From positions 1-44,626 of the forward strand of contig MCFH01000112.1 of the NCBI GenBank assembly GCA_002104945.1: a stretch of DNA of 44,626 nucleotides, written 5' to 3'. Source of the DNA: Piromyces finnis finn. Its lineage: Eukaryota; Fungi; Neocallimastigomycota. Positions 43,233-44,626 of the stretch are shown piece by piece (the stretch's first letter is position 1; each line of letters starts with the position of its first letter). The position numbers and the translations under genes are program-made. Below the pieces are notes generated by a model. It worked only from the letters and a program-made list of their open reading frames with translations, ran no database searches and was not told the origin of the DNA.

Positions 43233-44576
43233 TTAGATTTTGTGTTTTCTAATACTTTTATTGAATTGAATTAATAATTCTTGATATCTTGGGTTACTTT
43301 CTATTACTGTAGCAGGAACCCAGTGCCAACTTAGGCGGTGTTTATAACGAATTTTATATTCGTAGCGTTTTTCTTTATAATTTGTCCTAAAGTCACCAAT
43401 TTCTATAATTTCTGCATTAGTTTCTTTATATTTAAATCTATTTTTAAATTTATCTGGCGTAGATACATAAGGTTCAAGTTCCGATATGTGAAATACAGGG
43501 TGGTGTTTTGGAAAAGGTGATTTTGAAATATCTATTTTATAATTACCATTGTTTAAAACTTCTAAAACCTTGTAAGGACCATACTTACGAGGCGCTAGTT
43601 TGGCATTTTCAGTAGTAGCAAAAGCAGGAGGTGCATGAATCCAAACTTTTTGTCCTTCATTCAATTCAGGAGCAATAATTCTTTTCTTATCGGCAGCTCT
43701 TTTGTATAAATCTTGAGATCTAAGCAAAACATCTTTAACTAAAAGGAAATTTTTACTAACATCTTTAATGTATTTAAAGTTTGAATCAGAACCTTGAAAC
43801 AAAAAGACATCATCCATAGGTGGGTGGAATCCATAATTAATGAAAAATGGAGTTTGTTTTGTAGATTCATGAACTGTATTATTATAAACAAATTCAGCTA
43901 GATGTAACCATTCAATCCAGTCATCGTGGAAAAATGTTCTTGAATAGCAACGTAAATATTGTTCAATGAAAGAGTTACAACGTTCTACTTGACCAACGGT
44001 CTCATGGTGATCTGTGGTAGCTATTTTTGGCTTAACACGCAATTTTCCCATAATTTCTATCCATAAAGCACTAGTAAATTGTGTTCCTCTGTCCGTATAA
44101 ATATCTGTAGGTAGTCCATGGAGTTTAAAAATATTTTTTAGGAAAGCTTTGGCAGTTTCTTCAGCTGTAGGTATTTCTTTGAACGGAATAAGGTGAATCA
44201 TTTTTGAAAAGCGATCTACAACAACCATTATAACGGAAAACTTTTTTGATTCAGGGAGACCACAAAGAAAATCGATTTCAATAGATTTCCAAGGGCGATC
44301 AGGAATTTCTAAAGGTCTTAAAAGATCATATCTTTTATGTCTATTAACTTTATTTCTGGAACATTGTTCGCAAGAATTGACAAAATTTACGATATCTTGA
44401 TGCATTTTGGGCCACCAAAAATTACGGTTAATTAGTTCTTCAGTTCTTCGAATACCTAAATGTCCAGCAGTAGCGTTATCATGGTACCTGGTTAAAATAT
44501 CTACATGAAGTTTTTCTGGTACATAAATTAAATTATTATATAAAATTAAATTATTTTTTATTTTAAATTTTTCCAT
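43233..44576 (-). CDS. pol: Integrase region of Pol (HHCC, DDE, GPY/F, divergent chromodomain); an in-frame TAA at 44612-44610 separates it from upstream pol
   Basis: YHDNATAGH...CEQC, EIDFLCGLP/YTDRGTQF/GQVERCN, KYGPYKVLEV, EIIEIGDFR...YEYKIRYK...HWVP...YQELLIQF. Confidence 0.92.
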   Translation of the reverse strand: MEKFKIKNNLILYNNLIYVPEKLHVDILTRYHDNATAGHLGIRRTEELINRNFWWPKMHQDIVNFVNSCEQCSRNKVNRHKRYDLLRPLEIPDRPWKSIEIDFLCGLPESKKFSVIMVVVDRFSKMIHLIPFKEIPTAEETAKAFLKNIFKLHGLPTDIYTDRGTQFTSALWIEIMGKLRVKPKIATTDHHETVGQVERCNSFIEQYLRCYSRTFFHDDWIEWLHLAEFVYNNTVHESTKQTPFFINYGFHPPMDDVFLFQGSDSNFKYIKDVSKNFLLVKDVLLRSQDLYKRAADKKRIIAPELNEGQKVWIHAPPAFATTENAKLAPRKYGPYKVLEVLNNGNYKIDISKSPFPKHHPVFHISELEPYVSTPDKFKNRFKYKETNAEIIEIGDFRTNYKEKRYEYKIRYKHRLSWHWVPATVIESNPRYQELLIQFNKSIRKHKI

Positions 44577-44626
44577 TTTTCTGAAAGGTCTGTAAAAGTA
44601 ACCTTTTAATTATTTTTTATTTAAAT

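Larger units (their letters stand above)
41213..44626 (-). mobile_element. 3' end of a chromovirus-like Ty3/Gypsy element (family G)
   Basis: Minus strand: integrase, ~900-bp 3' UTR, PPT GGCGGAGCGA, then the LTR. Confidence 0.9.

Overview
Extremely AT-rich eukaryotic DNA with (AAT)n microsatellites. Composition and gene type suggest an anaerobic gut fungus (Neocallimastigomycota); this is inference. The window is mostly Ty3/Gypsy LTR-retrotransposon sequence in two nests flanking a ~5-kb unique island (about 30.2-35.0 kb). The island holds one intronless secreted-protein gene (BspA-type LRR plus degenerate transglutaminase-like domain) and an inverted, truncated duplicate of its 5' end. Family letters A-K are my own labels. 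Nest 1 (1-30173) contains: the 3' part of Gypsy element A; an almost perfect LTR-int-LTR-int-LTR tandem of element B; a Gag-only element with two different LTRs; and a chain of solo LTRs. Nest 2 (35630-44626) is a mostly minus-strand chain of solo LTRs ending in the 3' end of a chromodomain-type Gypsy element. The most striking structure is the geometry of the insertions. (i) LTRs of many unrelated families sit end to end, only 3-5 bp apart. Their 4-bp target-site duplications (CTTC, TTCT, TCTT, TCTA) reconstruct to one ancestral 6-bp site, CTTCTA, hit about 8 times. (ii) Three LTRs of two other families (TGT-start, 5-bp TSD) sit 51-53 bp inside the 5' end of three different resident LTRs. This suggests an LTR-end-directed integration system with two tiers. 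All boundaries were read by eye and should be confirmed by alignment.
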